Below, one piece after another: positions 40,433 through 52,500 of a DNA stretch of 64,000 nucleotides; position 1 is the first letter of the stretch, and each line of letters opens with the position of its first letter. The position numbers and the translations under genes were made by a program. Source of the stretch: Octopus sinensis. Its lineage: Eukaryota. The notes beneath the pieces are model-generated. The model was not told where the DNA came from. It saw nothing but the letters and a program-made list of their open reading frames with translations, and searched no databases. The stretch lies in NCBI RefSeq assembly GCF_006345805.1, contig NC_043003.1, forward strand, positions 106,454,001 to 106,518,000. Reading direction: 5' to 3'.

Positions 40433-40823
40433 TTTTACTCTTTTACTTGTTTCAGTCATTTAACTGCAGCCATGCTGGAGCACACCACCTTTAGTCAAAC
40501 AAATTGACCCCAGGACTTATTCTTTGTTAGCCTAGTACTTATTCTATCGGTCCCTTTTGCTGAACCACTAAGGTACGGGGACGTAAACACACCACCATCG
40601 GTTGTCAAGTGATGTTGGGGGGACAAACACAGACACACACATATATACATATATATATATACACACGATGGGCTTCTTTCAGTTTCTGTCTACCAAATCC
40701 ACTCACAAGGCTTTGGTTGGCCCGAGGCTATAGTAGAAGACACTTGCCCAAGGTGCCACGCAGTGGGACTGAACCCGGCACCATGTGGTTGGTAAGCAAG
40801 CTACTTACCACACAACCACTCCT
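40433..40823 (-). mobile_element. SINE family A, full length
   Basis: Collinear with other family A copies. Confidence 0.87.
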
Positions 40824-41323
40824 GGTGACATTTTACATTTTACTTTTCGTTAAATCAAATTAGTTTTATAAAAGTTAATTAATATACAAATATGCAGAAC
40901 CAGAATACTTTCTTTTCTAAAAGAAACAAGTAAAAAAATAATTCGCATGAAAGCAGCAGCTCACAATCAAAGAATTGGATTAGTAATTTCTAGAAAGCAA
41001 CTCTTGTTGAATGAAACCCAAATGTTGCCACTGAACTTTACTTCTACATTTTCATATAAGGTATAAAAAAAGAAAAAAAAAATTCTGTTCAATATCAACA
41101 ATATTGTCCGTCTCATTTCATAAACATTGTATGTGTTCTCCCAATCCTAGCTTTGAAAATAAAACCAGAGCCTGCGGAAAGTAGTGAAGGCTTGCATCAG
41201 TAAAACAACTCATTTTGTAAGGTCCACAAATTTAAGTTTTATCTGTTGTTGGCAGACAAAAGAACTCTGCCAAACCGATTCCCTCTGATGCTCTCCCTCT
41301 CTGCCAGTCTTTGAAGTCACTGT

Positions 41324-41356
<33 letters not shown>

Positions 41357-41357
<1 letters not shown>

Positions 41358-41582
41358 ACAATGATAAATATCAGAGTGAGTTATATACAGTAGCGGTAAC
41401 ACATCGTGACGTATATTTGCCATTTCAATATGGCTACCCCTAAGGGTGGATGCTACTGTAGTTTTTAGCCCCAGGAGGACACACTCCTCCAGCTGGCCAT
41501 AGACACACTGTCTGTGTCCTGTCAGTATTTGCAAAGGGAAGTCATCCTTCCCGTCTTCAACTTATGATACACACGGACTCGA
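41357..41582 (-). repeat. Inverted partial copy (226 bp) of the 352-bp retrozyme unit
   Basis: Reverse complement of the unit from TCGAGTCCGTGTG through the unit junction to TTATCATTGTT. Bordered by (TA)n on the left; overlaps the first unit by CGA. Confidence 0.92.
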
Positions 41583-41723
41583 TGTGTTACCGCTACTGTA
41601 TATAACTCACTCTGATATTTATCATTGTTTGATTTCACTTTTTCAATATCAGCGACAGTGGACGCTGGAAAAAGTATAAGTATTTGTGAAGGAAATCTAA
41701 TTCTCGCCGACAACTGTGATTGT

Positions 41724-41768
41724 CACACGCTGATGAGAGGTCAATACCTCGAAACTCGAGTCTGTGTG
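41724..41768 (+). ncRNA. Type I hammerhead ribozyme, copy 1 (predicted cleavage after 41762)
   Basis: CACACG CTGATGA GAGG-TCAATA-CCTC GAAA C-TCGA-G TC TGTGTG: stem I 6 bp with one G.U pair, stem II 4 bp, minimal stem III with palindromic loop, GUC triplet. Confidence 0.88.
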
Positions 41769-42075
41769 TATCATAAGTTGAAGACGGGAAGGATGACTTC
41801 CCTTTGCAAATACTGACAGGACACAGACAGTGTGTCTATGGCCAGCTGGAGGAGTGTGTCCTCCTGGGGCTAAAAACTACAGTAGCATCCACCCTTAGGG
41901 GTAGCCATATTGAAATGGCAAATATACGTCACGATGTGTTACCGCTACTGTATATAACTCACTCTGATATTTATCATTGTTTGATTTCACTTTTTCAATA
42001 TCAGCGACAGTGGACGCTGGAAAAAGTATAAGTATTTGTGAAGGAAATCTAATTCTCGCCGACAACTGTGATTGT

Positions 42076-42120
42076 CATACGCTGATGAGAGGTCAATACC
42101 TCGAAACTCGAGTCCGTGTG
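42076..42120 (+). ncRNA. Type I hammerhead ribozyme, copy 2 (predicted cleavage after 42114)
   Basis: CATACG CTGATGA GAGG-TCAATA-CCTC GAAA CTCGAG TC CGTGTG; catalytic core intact. Confidence 0.88.
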
Positions 42121-42427
42121 TATCATAAGTTGAAGACGGGAAGGATGACTTCCCTTTGCAAATACTGACAGGACACAGACAGTGTGTCTATGGCCAGCTG
42201 GAGGAGTGTGTCCTCCTGGGGCTAAAAACTACAGTAGCATCCACTCTTAGGGGTAGCCATATTGAAATGGCAAATATACGTCACGATGTGTTACCGCTAC
42301 TGTATATAACTCACTCTGATATTTATCATTGTTTGATTTCACTTTTTCAATATCAGCGACAGTGGACGCTGGAAAAAGTATAAGTATTTGTGAAGGAAAT
42401 CTAATTCTCGCCGACAACTGTGATTGT

Positions 42428-42472
42428 CACACGCTGACGAGAGGTCAATACCTCGAAACTCAAGTCCGTGTG
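42428..42472 (+). ncRNA. Type I hammerhead ribozyme, copy 3 (predicted cleavage after 42466)
   Basis: CACACG CTGACGA GAGG-TCAATA-CCTC GAAA CTCAAG TC CGTGTG. Only the variable N7 position and loop 3 differ. Confidence 0.85.
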
Positions 42473-42632
42473 TATCATAAGTTGAAGACGGGAAGGATGA
42501 CTTCCCTTTGCAAATACTGACAGGACACAGACAGTGTGTCTATGGCCAGCTGGAGGAGTGTGTCCTCCTGGGGCTAAAAACTACAGTAGCATCCACCCTT
42601 AGGGGTAGCCATATTGAAATGGCAAATATACG

Positions 42633-42685
<53 letters not shown>

Positions 42686-42714
42686 TATATATATTATATA
42701 TATATATTATATAG

Positions 42715-42930
42715 CTAAGTTAATCCAAACATGAAAGCACAAAAAAACACAACAACGCGAGGACGTGGAACAAATATAGCATTATTGGATGCTCAGGAAA
42801 GAAGGAAAGAAGGAGGGTTTAACGTTTTGAGCGGAGCTCTTCGTCGGAAACATAGGAGAAGGAAAGATCCAGAGAAGGGAAGACAGAGGAAAAAAAAAAA
42901 TCGCCAACGGTACACACACGGTCACATTTT
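42715..42930 (-). mobile_element. Penelope-type terminal fragment with a degenerate hammerhead motif (42817-42851)
   Basis: Minus strand GTTT CCGACGA A GAGC-TCC-GCTC AAAA CG TT AAAC, attached to a (TA)n tract. Fits the small Penelope-associated hammerhead layout with two core changes. Confidence 0.6.
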
Positions 42931-45900
42931 GAAACTATTATATAGCTATATATATGATAGACTTCCATGTGGTTTCCATCTACCAAATTCATTCACAAAG
43001 CATTGGTCAGTCCAGTGCTATAGTAAATGTCACTTGCCACACAGTGGGATTGAACCCCAGAACCATGCAGTTGCAAAGTGAGCTTCAAACCCACACAGCC
43101 ATTCTGCCTGTACATGATATCTGTGGACCAAAGAAAGGGTTTTCCAAAACTTAGAATATTTCTTTAACAAATTCAACATCATTATAAAAAGTTGGCATGT
43201 GTAGATCAACAAAAGAATCCAAGAACTGCGACCTTTATTCAAAGTTCCTAGTTGGCTTGATATTTTGGCCAGATTGGTACAAACCAGACTCAAAGAAAAA
43301 AAATCTCGCGTGGTCAAGATCCAACACTTTTAATGCCATATCCAAATATATATATATATAACCCTTGAATTTTCTTTTTACCATTTCTTTTTGAAGAAAC
43401 AAATTTTATCTATTTATTCATTTTTATTTATTTATTGACATTTGAAAATATCTGAACTATTTTCATGTTTAAAGACTTCCAATACTATCATGCTCTTCTC
43501 CCAGATTAGGTTGTCGTTATCTTTGCCTTCCATCTCTGACCGTGACTGACTCTACCTGCTTTCACCCACAATTATTCACTGCTCTGAAAGTCTCAAAAGA
43601 AGATGTGAAAATATCTCATGCATTAGTGAAGTAGGTTAACAACTTTGGTGGTGGTGGTGGGGGAGACTTAATGACTTGAAATTTTAGTGACATGTTGAAA
43701 GAGCAGTATTACACACAGCTCAGCTACTTAGGAGAGGGCCCCTGTTATCTGATTTACTTCACTCACACATCTATCCATCTATATGTCTACCTACCTATCT
43801 ATCTATATAATTACACACACACACATACACCACTCAATCTCATGAACCTGTCTTTCTAGTTCTTCAACTATTCCTTATGTCTGATATCTAAAAACAAGCA
43901 AGCATCATTTCTATGCTCCCTCTCTCAACACATACACACACAGAGTCTCTGATGCTAAGTAAATAAACAAAGTTGAAGTGTAAAGTCTGTGTCTACCAGT
44001 AAGCTACCAACCATCATCTTTTGCTCTTTATCAATGCAATTAGGAATAGGAAACACAGATTATCTATAAGGAGATTACAGTTTATCATCTGTTCATACCC
44101 ACACCCACACAATCATCCACACTTCACCACCAAGCCCTATTTATTATTATGAAAAGTAAGCATGGAATAAGATTTCTCAAAAGAAAAAACACGGATTTTT
44201 TTTTTGAAGAATTATAGGTTTAAACTAAAGATATGTGCGTGTTGATGGTGGTGAGGGTATGAAAAGAAAGGGGTTTTACAGTTGAAGTGTTGCTTGAAGA
44301 TAAACTTAACAGATAAAGTCGGGGAACCCAATAGTGACAGTTGATGTTGAGGAGAGAAAGAGAGAGAGAAAGAGAGATTTTGATGGAGTTTTACAGATGC
44401 TCTTCTTATTTGGAATTATCATTTTAATGTCCCCTTTTCCATGCTTACATGGGTTCAACAGAGTTTACTGAGGCAGGTTTTCTACAGCCAGAATACCCTT
44501 CCTCTCACCAATCCTTATCTGCTTCCAAGCAAGCTAATATTTCCCACGGCCAGACATATTTTCATTTACAACAATTGTGTGATGTCAAAACAAGGACACA
44601 AACACACATAATGAGCTTCAGCACAGTTTCTGCCTACCAAATCCACTCACAAGGCTTTGGGTCAGCCCAAAGTTATAGAAGACACTTGCCCAAGGTGCCA
44701 TGCAGTAGGATTGAACCTAGAACCACGTGGTTGGGAAGCAAGCTTCTTACCACACAACCACATTTACACCTAAATTAATATAAGGTTAAGATAAAATGAA
44801 ATTATAATTTTCTTAGAATTTTTACAGAAAGTAACTACATTAAAATGAAGTGTGAGAGAGAGGGAGAAAGAGAGAGGGAGAGAGAGGAGAGATGAAATGT
44901 ATAGTGAAAATATCAAGAATGAATATTGATTGAAAGAAATAGCTGTAAACATGTTTTAGATCTCAATTGATTTAGTATTTTACAGATTAATTAGCATTTA
45001 CAAATTTACAAACAAACATTTAATTGTGAAAATGAACTTGATAACACTTTCACTCTCATGGAACCAACAAATTTTCTATTGGATTGCAGTCAAAAGAGGA
45101 GAGAAAAAGAACTTTGACTTCAAATGCGAAAAAAAACTGTTCTCTAAAAGAACTTGATCAGAGAAAGATAAAAGGCTTGAAATAATGAATGAGACCTCTA
45201 CCTTGATGCTTAACTTGCTAGAAATAGTAGTGAAATCTCTCAAATGATGTATTACAAGCTCTTAAATAGAAGGAAATGTGCAAACAATAAACACCATTTG
45301 CTTTTGTAATGGTTTCACTCACTGGGTTTAAAACCATGTGACGCATTTTTTCACCCATAAACCCCTCTGATTCCTATCTTACCCTACAGGACCCTCATAA
45401 CCATTCCATGTTTAAAAAATCCTGTTATATTTTTATGATTAAATATTATGAGAAACTGTATTAAAAAGTTGTGAAAATGCTCTGTGTATCGTGGAAGTAT
45501 AACCAATTTATTGCAGATAAATTTTAATAAAATCTTACATGGATTCCCAGTAGAAACCAAGCTAAAACAGATTGGAGCCAGTGCAGTTCTTCAGCTTACC
45601 ATTTTCAAACCGTCTAACCCATACCAGAATGGAAAATGGATGTTAAATGATGATGATGATCTCTGTACAAGTATGCACACGTATATACATGCCATTCTGG
45701 TCATATAAGCCATTGGGTGAAACTTTAAGTCTAAGCTGAACTAATTTTATAATAATTTGACTACTTTTTGACCAGAACATCAAATGCTTTGTTATTCCTT
45801 AAAACTCCTTTAAAATAGCAACTCAAAAATTAACAGTGTGTGTGTGAGTGAGAGAGAGAGAGAGGTCTTTCTCAGAGCTACTGGTAACATGTAACCCAGT

Positions 45901-46703
45901 ACAACTTGTTTTATTGTTGGGCTGCCAGAAAGTAAACTAGCAACACCAAAAAGCCTGCTTGGTACGTAGGGTGGCTTTTGGATACCCTGCAGGGTAGAAA
46001 ACATGACCTGGCAAAGGGTCAATGAATTCAAATAAGCCACTGGTCAACCAGTTATGTGATATATATATGCCCAAGGTCTTAGAAGTTTCCTGTTTGGTAC
46101 CCATGGGTACATTCAGCCTAAGCCGTGGTGATGTCAAGTGACCCAACTGATAGAGAGCAAATTGAAAAGCCTGAAGTATGTTATTCATTGTGTTTTTGGT
46201 AAGTATTTGCATCAACTTTCTGCTTATCAATATTCCCAAAAACTGTAGCTTGTCCTACACAAGCATCTGTCACAGAAAACAAGTCATCTGTGTGGATAGT
46301 TTAACAGCTGTAAAATTGATTGTTAGAACTTCATACTTCAAAGCGAACAGGAGAATCCACTATATACATATTTTGAGTCTGCTTATAATTTGACTTTAAA
46401 TTTCATAGAACTCATTCTTAATACTTCATTAGGATAGACACACTCTCTAGGATGTCTGGAAAACATATATGTGATTTAGCTGATGAATACTGGACATTTG
46501 TATTTGCTGCAATACTTGCAGCTTTAAATAAAATTGTTCTTGGTATGAAACAATTGTACTAAACTACTAATCCATTCTTGTTGCTTTTTTCTTGGTCATA
46601 ATCACCCCACATTTTTTATGGTTAATACCATAAACAATTCTGGTGCATCTAAGTTAAGTACCATATTCATTTGAATTCACTTGAATCTTAATTGTTTTTG
46701 CTG

Positions 46704-46738
<35 letters not shown>

Positions 46739-46739
46739 G

Positions 46740-47093
46740 CTAGCAGAGACACCTGGCGTTGCTCGGGATTAAAATGGCATAGTTTGTATAGAATATATTA
46801 CAGTTATGTTGAAACAGGTGATATGAGGAAGTGCAGCACTGACAACAAAACATTTGTGGAGTAAATGATTTGCTAATTCACTCTTTTGCAACAGTCAGCA
46901 CTGTGTCTAACACGACCCATCATCTGAAATGTTGACACCTCCTTTGGGTTTGTTGTCCTACATCACTCATAAAGTAAATTTGGAGGAACTGTGGTTGTTC
47001 ATTGTGGGTAACAGGGAACCAATGAGGTAATAGACTTGCCCTTGAACTTTGACGTCGTAAACAGACAGACAGAACAGATTTTATATATTAAGA
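46740..47093 (-). mobile_element. Non-autonomous Helitron/Helentron-type (DINE-1-like) element
   Basis: Minus strand starts TCTTAATATATAAAATCTGTTCTGTCTGTCTG and ends CCCGAGCAACGCCAGG...GCTAG (subterminal hairpin plus CTAG). Confidence 0.65.
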
Positions 47094-48455
47094 TATAGCC
47101 GAAATAAATATTTCAATGTTGTATTTCGAAATTATGAAATAGTCAAAGCTATCCCTCCCTCTCTTTATATGTATATATATCCACACAAACACACACAGTC
47201 ATAAGATCAAGCCTTTCTGTTATATAGTTTGTGTTATGCCTCTGAGTATGGTCTAGTTCTATTTGCCTGACAAAAAAAAAAAAAACACACACACGCATGA
47301 AAAATTTTGTAAACATTCATTTCCTTTAGTTAAAAATCTGTGATTTCTTTTGCTTAAAATAATATCTTCTTTGTTGTTCTACAGTCTATGGAGGTTAGAC
47401 CCAAGGAACTACTAATCTAGGCCCTATCTCTGGGGACATGTCCCTGATTAAAACTGATAAACGTCCGCAAGGGCTGATTGCTTTAAATAGTGCTAGGTTT
47501 TCTACATTGAAAATAACAATAGTTGTGGTAGTGATGGGGGGTTTCTAACAGACGCAAGGCCACAAACTTAAGGGACAAAATGATCCCTAGTCCTTGAATT
47601 TTATATCATCAACCCTGGAAAGAAAAAAGGTAAAAAACTGATCTGAATAGGACTTGAACCCAGATCACAAAGAAACAGAACAAATGTAACAAGGTATTTT
47701 GTCTGATGTCCTATGAATTCTGTTGATCCATGTCCCTAATAATGATGTCTTAGAATAGGCACAAGGCTGGTTTTTAAGAAACTTGCATCATAGAATCAGG
47801 GGCAGTCTCAGGTGAGTTGGTATTAAAAGGGTCAAAATAGTGTGGAGACATCAATAAGCCCCAGACTATTCAGCAACAGAAGGGCAGCATCTGGGAAGAT
47901 ACAAGATGAATGTAACCACGGTTACTGAGAATTACCATGAGGAATGCTAAAGAAAGAGCAAGATGATTGCACCCATGGTTATTGAGAATTACCATGAGAA
48001 AGCATGACACTGTCAAGATGGAAATGGAGAAAATTTAAGTTGCATAATTTGCTCTAATTGAAGGAAATTTATCTCCATCCGCTCCATTTTCTTTCTTTAC
48101 ATAAATAATTAAAAGATGGAGAAGTTATTAGATTTTTTTTTAACTCCCCAACTGACATTTGGGATAATAAGTTTGGTTATGTATTAAGAAACACCAGTCT
48201 TGACTTGCGTGTAGATCAAAGAATTTTCTTAGACTTTTTGGGTCATGCACTATAAAGTAATACTTAAGTAGATTACTTGTAAAAGATCAATAACTGATAA
48301 TTGATATCTTCATACATATTCTACCTGATACACACCTCAGTTGTATAGCAAAGTCTCATTTCCTATTTTGCTAACTGAGATTATGAAACTTTGATCTTAG
48401 TTCATGTAAAATATAGCAACCAAGACTTGCAAAAAAATCGAGGAGTATCACAAAC

Positions 48456-48683
48456 TTAACCCTTTCGTTACTGTATTTCTGTTCAGATGCTCTGTATTTC
48501 TTTCAATTACTTTAAATATAAGAAAAAATTTCACAAAATAACTTAGTTATCATTCAGCTGGAGTTTGGAGCATAAATTGTGACTAAGGTTTGGTGTAAGA
48601 TTTTAATTCAAAACTTATGAAAACAAGACATTTGTACTCAGAGCCAGAAGTGGTTTCAAGCAGGTTGATGTCAAAAGGGTTAA
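48456..48683 (+). mobile_element. piggyBac-type MITE (family 2)
   Basis: TTAA-CCCTTTCGTTAC ... AAAGGG-TTAA. Confidence 0.82.
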
Positions 48684-48706
48684 GAATTGTTTCTCTATTA
48701 TATATT

Positions 48707-48935
48707 TTAACCCTTTTGTTACTGTATTTTTGTTAAGATGCTCTCTGCTTCTTTCAATTAATTTTAAATATAACAAAGAATTTAGTAAAATAACTTAGTT
48801 AGCATTAAGCTAGTGTTAGGAACATAAATTGTGATTAAGATTTGATGGAAGATTTTAATTCAAAACTTATGAAAACAAAACAGTTGCACTCAGAGCCAGA
48901 GCTGGTTTCAGTCGGGTTGGTAATGAAAGGGTTAA
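48707..48935 (+). mobile_element. piggyBac-type MITE (family 2), adjacent second copy
   Basis: TTAA-CCCTTTTGTTAC ... GTAATGAAAGGG-TTAA, 23 bp from the previous copy. Confidence 0.82.
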
Positions 48936-49591
48936 AAGTAACAGGTTCAAATTTACCCTTTTGCAATATAATCAGTCTTCCAAAGTATTTAAGCATTCAA
49001 CTTAATTCTAAAATGATGAAAGGACAGACATCTCTCAGCAAGGTCACATACAGTTGACTAGTATCATGTCCCAGTAGGAGAAGGGAATTCTCACCGATAA
49101 GCTAAATATCAAGAAATTGAAGCTAAACATTTCTCCATAGCCATCAAGCAGTTATCTTTATCCCCTATCTTTATTTCAGTTGTTAGACTGTGGCCATGCT
49201 GGGGCAACACCTTGAAGAATTTTAGTCAAACAAATTGATCCCAGTACTTATTTTATTTTAGGGATGTAACAGAAAAAGGCCATCTCAACTAAGTAGGTGT
49301 GTAGCGGGGAGTGAGCATTTGAGAGGGGAAGGTGGCTTTTATGCCAGGGCAGTGGTTCCTAACCTGTGGTCTGTAAAGGTAATATTGGTGGGGTCTGTGA
49401 ACATGTTAAGCTGACAGACCTTTCAATATCCTGGGGTCTGTGGCAAAACTTATTTAAATAAAATGGGTCTTTGGTAGTGAAAAGGTTGAGAACTCCTGGG
49501 TATAATAGTGAGGCAAGCACAGCTGTCTTTCCATAGAGGAGGAGATATATGGCAATCTTTGCTATAATTAAAAGAAAAAAAAAAAAAACGA

Positions 49592-49978
49592 GGCGCAGGA
49601 GTGGCTGTGTGGTAAGTAGCTTGTTTACTAACCACATGGTTCCGGGTTCAGTCCCACTGCGTGGCATCTTGGGCAAGTGTCTTCTGCTATAGCCCCGGGC
49701 CGACCAATGCCTTGTGAGTGGATTTGGTAGACGGAAACTGAAAGAAGCCTGTTGTATATATGTATATGTTTGTATGTTTGTGTGTCTGTGTTTGTCCCCC
49801 TAGCATTGCTTGACAACTGATGCTGGTGTGTTTACGTCCCCGTCACTTAGTGGTTTGGCAAAACAGACCGATAGAATAAGTACTGGGCTTACAAAAAATA
49901 AGTCTCGGGGTCGATTTGCTCGACTAAAGGCGGTGCTCCAGCATGGCCGCAGTCAACTGACTGAAACAAGTAAAAGAG
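49592..49978 (+). mobile_element. SINE family A, full length
   Basis: GGCGCAGGAGTGGC head to GTAAAAGAG tail. Confidence 0.88.
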
Positions 49979-50643
49979 TAATATTGGAAATAATTTATGC
50001 TTCTGTATTTATTTCTTTGTTTTATTTCTTCCATTTCCTTTAATTTCTCAGTTATTTCTATTTTATAAACCAAATCTACACATCCAATCAGTTAATAATC
50101 ACAGAAGATGAGAGGCAGCTGTAGAGAAATTCAGAGTCGACGTTTTTTTTTTTTTTTGTATTCATCCGTAAGGCTTCCGTAAAATTTGTTTGTCTTCACT
50201 TTCTGATTTGTAATTACATTTCTGAGACAACTTGAGAAGCGGACAACATTTATTAGTCCTTCACTGTCACTGTTTGCTTTCCAGTGACATTTTAGCAAAG
50301 ATATCAATGGGCAATGATACACATAGCCATAAATTTAATTACAGCTTATTAGAATAAGTCTTCAGTTTGATATCACATGTAATTCACCAGTACTTCTGAT
50401 TAGCAACAGTGTGTGTATTTGTGTTTGATAGAAAAGATGCAATGAACATAAAATTTTCTTAATTATTTATTAATATTTTAGGTCACAATTTATGGACAAT
50501 AAACATTGTTGATTACAGGGGTTTAATCAGTATCCCATTGGTTTACTGCATTTCTGAAGGTGAGAGTAGTAAAGGAGAGTTTGTAACTCAATGCAGAGCA
50601 AATATAGCAAAGGATTTTGTCTGAAGTAAACCTGTTTTTTGTT

Positions 50644-50693
<50 letters not shown>

Positions 50694-51470
50694 TCTTATC
50701 AAGTAGACATCTGGGTGATGCAGACGAACAGATTCTTAAGACATATAATTAACAAGAGCTCATGTAATTAACAGTTCTGTAAATTGTCTACCTTGACTTA
50801 ATACCTTGTTTTTTGACAAGTGAACAACATATGGAACAGACTCTGGAGAACAATGGTAGATATTTAATTCTGCTGACTGACCAGAAAGCAGTAATGTGAA
50901 GGAATTCAGTTGCTAAACAACAAAGTATGAAAGCAATTCTAAAAATACCATCACTTCCACTTTGTGTCTCTCCAATTAAAAGAGTCAAATTACTGAAACT
51001 AGTTAAAGAATAAAGGATTGCAGCTTTTGAGTAAAATTTTAGTTTAACTGAGGTCATGCTGGAGCACTGAATTTTAGATGTAATCATTGATTTGAACAGT
51101 ATGTCATTATTTAACCCTGACCAGTATTTCTTTAGGCTTTTTACATTCCAAGTTCAAATACTGCTGAAGTTGGCTCTGACTTCCATCCTTTCAGGGTCGA
51201 CAAAATAAAGAACCTGTTAAACACTGTGGTCAAAGTAACTGGCTTGCCCCCCCTCCCTCCCTTCAAAATTCTGGTTCTGTGCCAAAATTAGAAAGAATTA
51301 TTTAGTTCCGGGCCAGCTTGAAGCAGATCTATGATCAAAAACTTTCCATGATCATGTTTTTTTCTTCAGACATTACGAAGTATTAAGATAATCAGAAGGG
51401 ATCTGGGGGAAGATCTGGCTGCTATTTCTTGCAAGTCTGTTAACTATGTAGAGACTTTTCCATTGACTCA

Positions 51471-51700
51471 TCATCATCATCATGATTCAACGTCCATTTT
51501 CCATGCTGGCATGGGTTGGACAGTTTGACAGGAGGTAGTAAGGCCAGGAGCCAGACCAGGCTCCATTGTCTGTTCTGCTCAGGGTTTCTATGGCTGGCTG
51601 CCCTTTCTGATGCAAACCCCTCAATAGAGTGTACTGGGTGCTTTAAAAGTAACACCAGCACATGAGCTTTTTACATGGCACCAGCACTGGTATCAATTTT
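51471..51700 (-). mobile_element. RTE-type 3'-end repeat (family C), older
   Basis: (CAT)n followed by AACGTCCATTTTCCATGCTGGCATGGG. Confidence 0.65.
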
Positions 51701-52500
51701 GTTGTGGTGGCCATGTCATCGTGAGTACAGCAAGGTGCCAGATATCAGTCCTTTGCCATCACTTTGGTAAGGATCAGTGTCTTGAGATCGGCCTTTAATA
51801 CTTCGTTCCATGTCTTCCTGGGTTTTCCCTCTCCCACAATTAATTGGTACTTATTTTGTCAACTTCAGAAAAATAAACAGCAAAGTGAACCCGAATGAGA
51901 TTTGAACACAATATAAAGAGATGGAACCCCATCTTACAAAGCATTTTGCCTGATGCTCCACCAATTCTGACATCCATCTGACAAATGCTTTGGTTGTGCA
52001 ATATCCACTCAGTCAGCTCCATTACACTTTACAAGAAGTATGAGAAAGCGATTGGCCATTCAAAAGTCTTCACCTGTTTATCATCATCATTTAACATCCA
52101 TCTTCCATGCTGGCATGAGTTGGAGGGTCTGACAGGATCCGACAGGTCAAAGACTGTATTGTGCTCTAGTGTCTGCCTTGGCATGGGTTTTATGGTTGGA
52201 TGCCTTCTTCAATGCCAACCTCTTTACAACATGTTCTGGGTGGTTTTTTTTTTTTTAGTTTGAGTGACCAATACAAGTGAGGCTGCCATGCAGTTTGCAA
52301 GATTATGAACCTCAGGGGCAAAAATGAGTAAAAGTGTGAGGAAAGGGGTCAGAGCAGAACAGGTTTGTTGCTGAGGAGGAGCAACAATGACTGCTCATAT
52401 TTTAGGATGAGAGGGTGTGAGTGATTGAGTGGAACTCAGAAGAATATTGGAAGACTGTGTATACCCATGCTAGCATGGAAGGCAGATGTCAAATGATGAT

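Larger units (their letters stand above)
41580..42636 (+). mobile_element. Retrozyme-like array: three head-to-tail 352-bp units, each with a type I hammerhead ribozyme
   Basis: Units start at 41580, 41932 and 42284 and are ~99% identical (5 substitutions seen). The array ends at ...TACGTCAC followed by (TA)n. Each unit has CTGA(T/C)GA-stem II-GAAA-stem III-GTC. Confidence 0.9.

Noticed and set aside
41522-42714. Repeated 63-aa and 75-aa ORFs in the 352-bp units
   Set aside because: Short, no recognisable domain and near-cognate starts; the unit is better explained as structured non-coding RNA.
45880-46400. Possible decayed LINE RT C-terminus on the minus strand (RLRLNVP...TLGIYI)
   Set aside because: Only a faint motif resemblance; not enough to support a call.
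49350-49498. hAT-like termini CAGTGGTTCCTAACC / GGTTGAGAACTCCTG
   Set aside because: TIRs are imperfect and there is no TSD; probably an old MITE, but not well supported.
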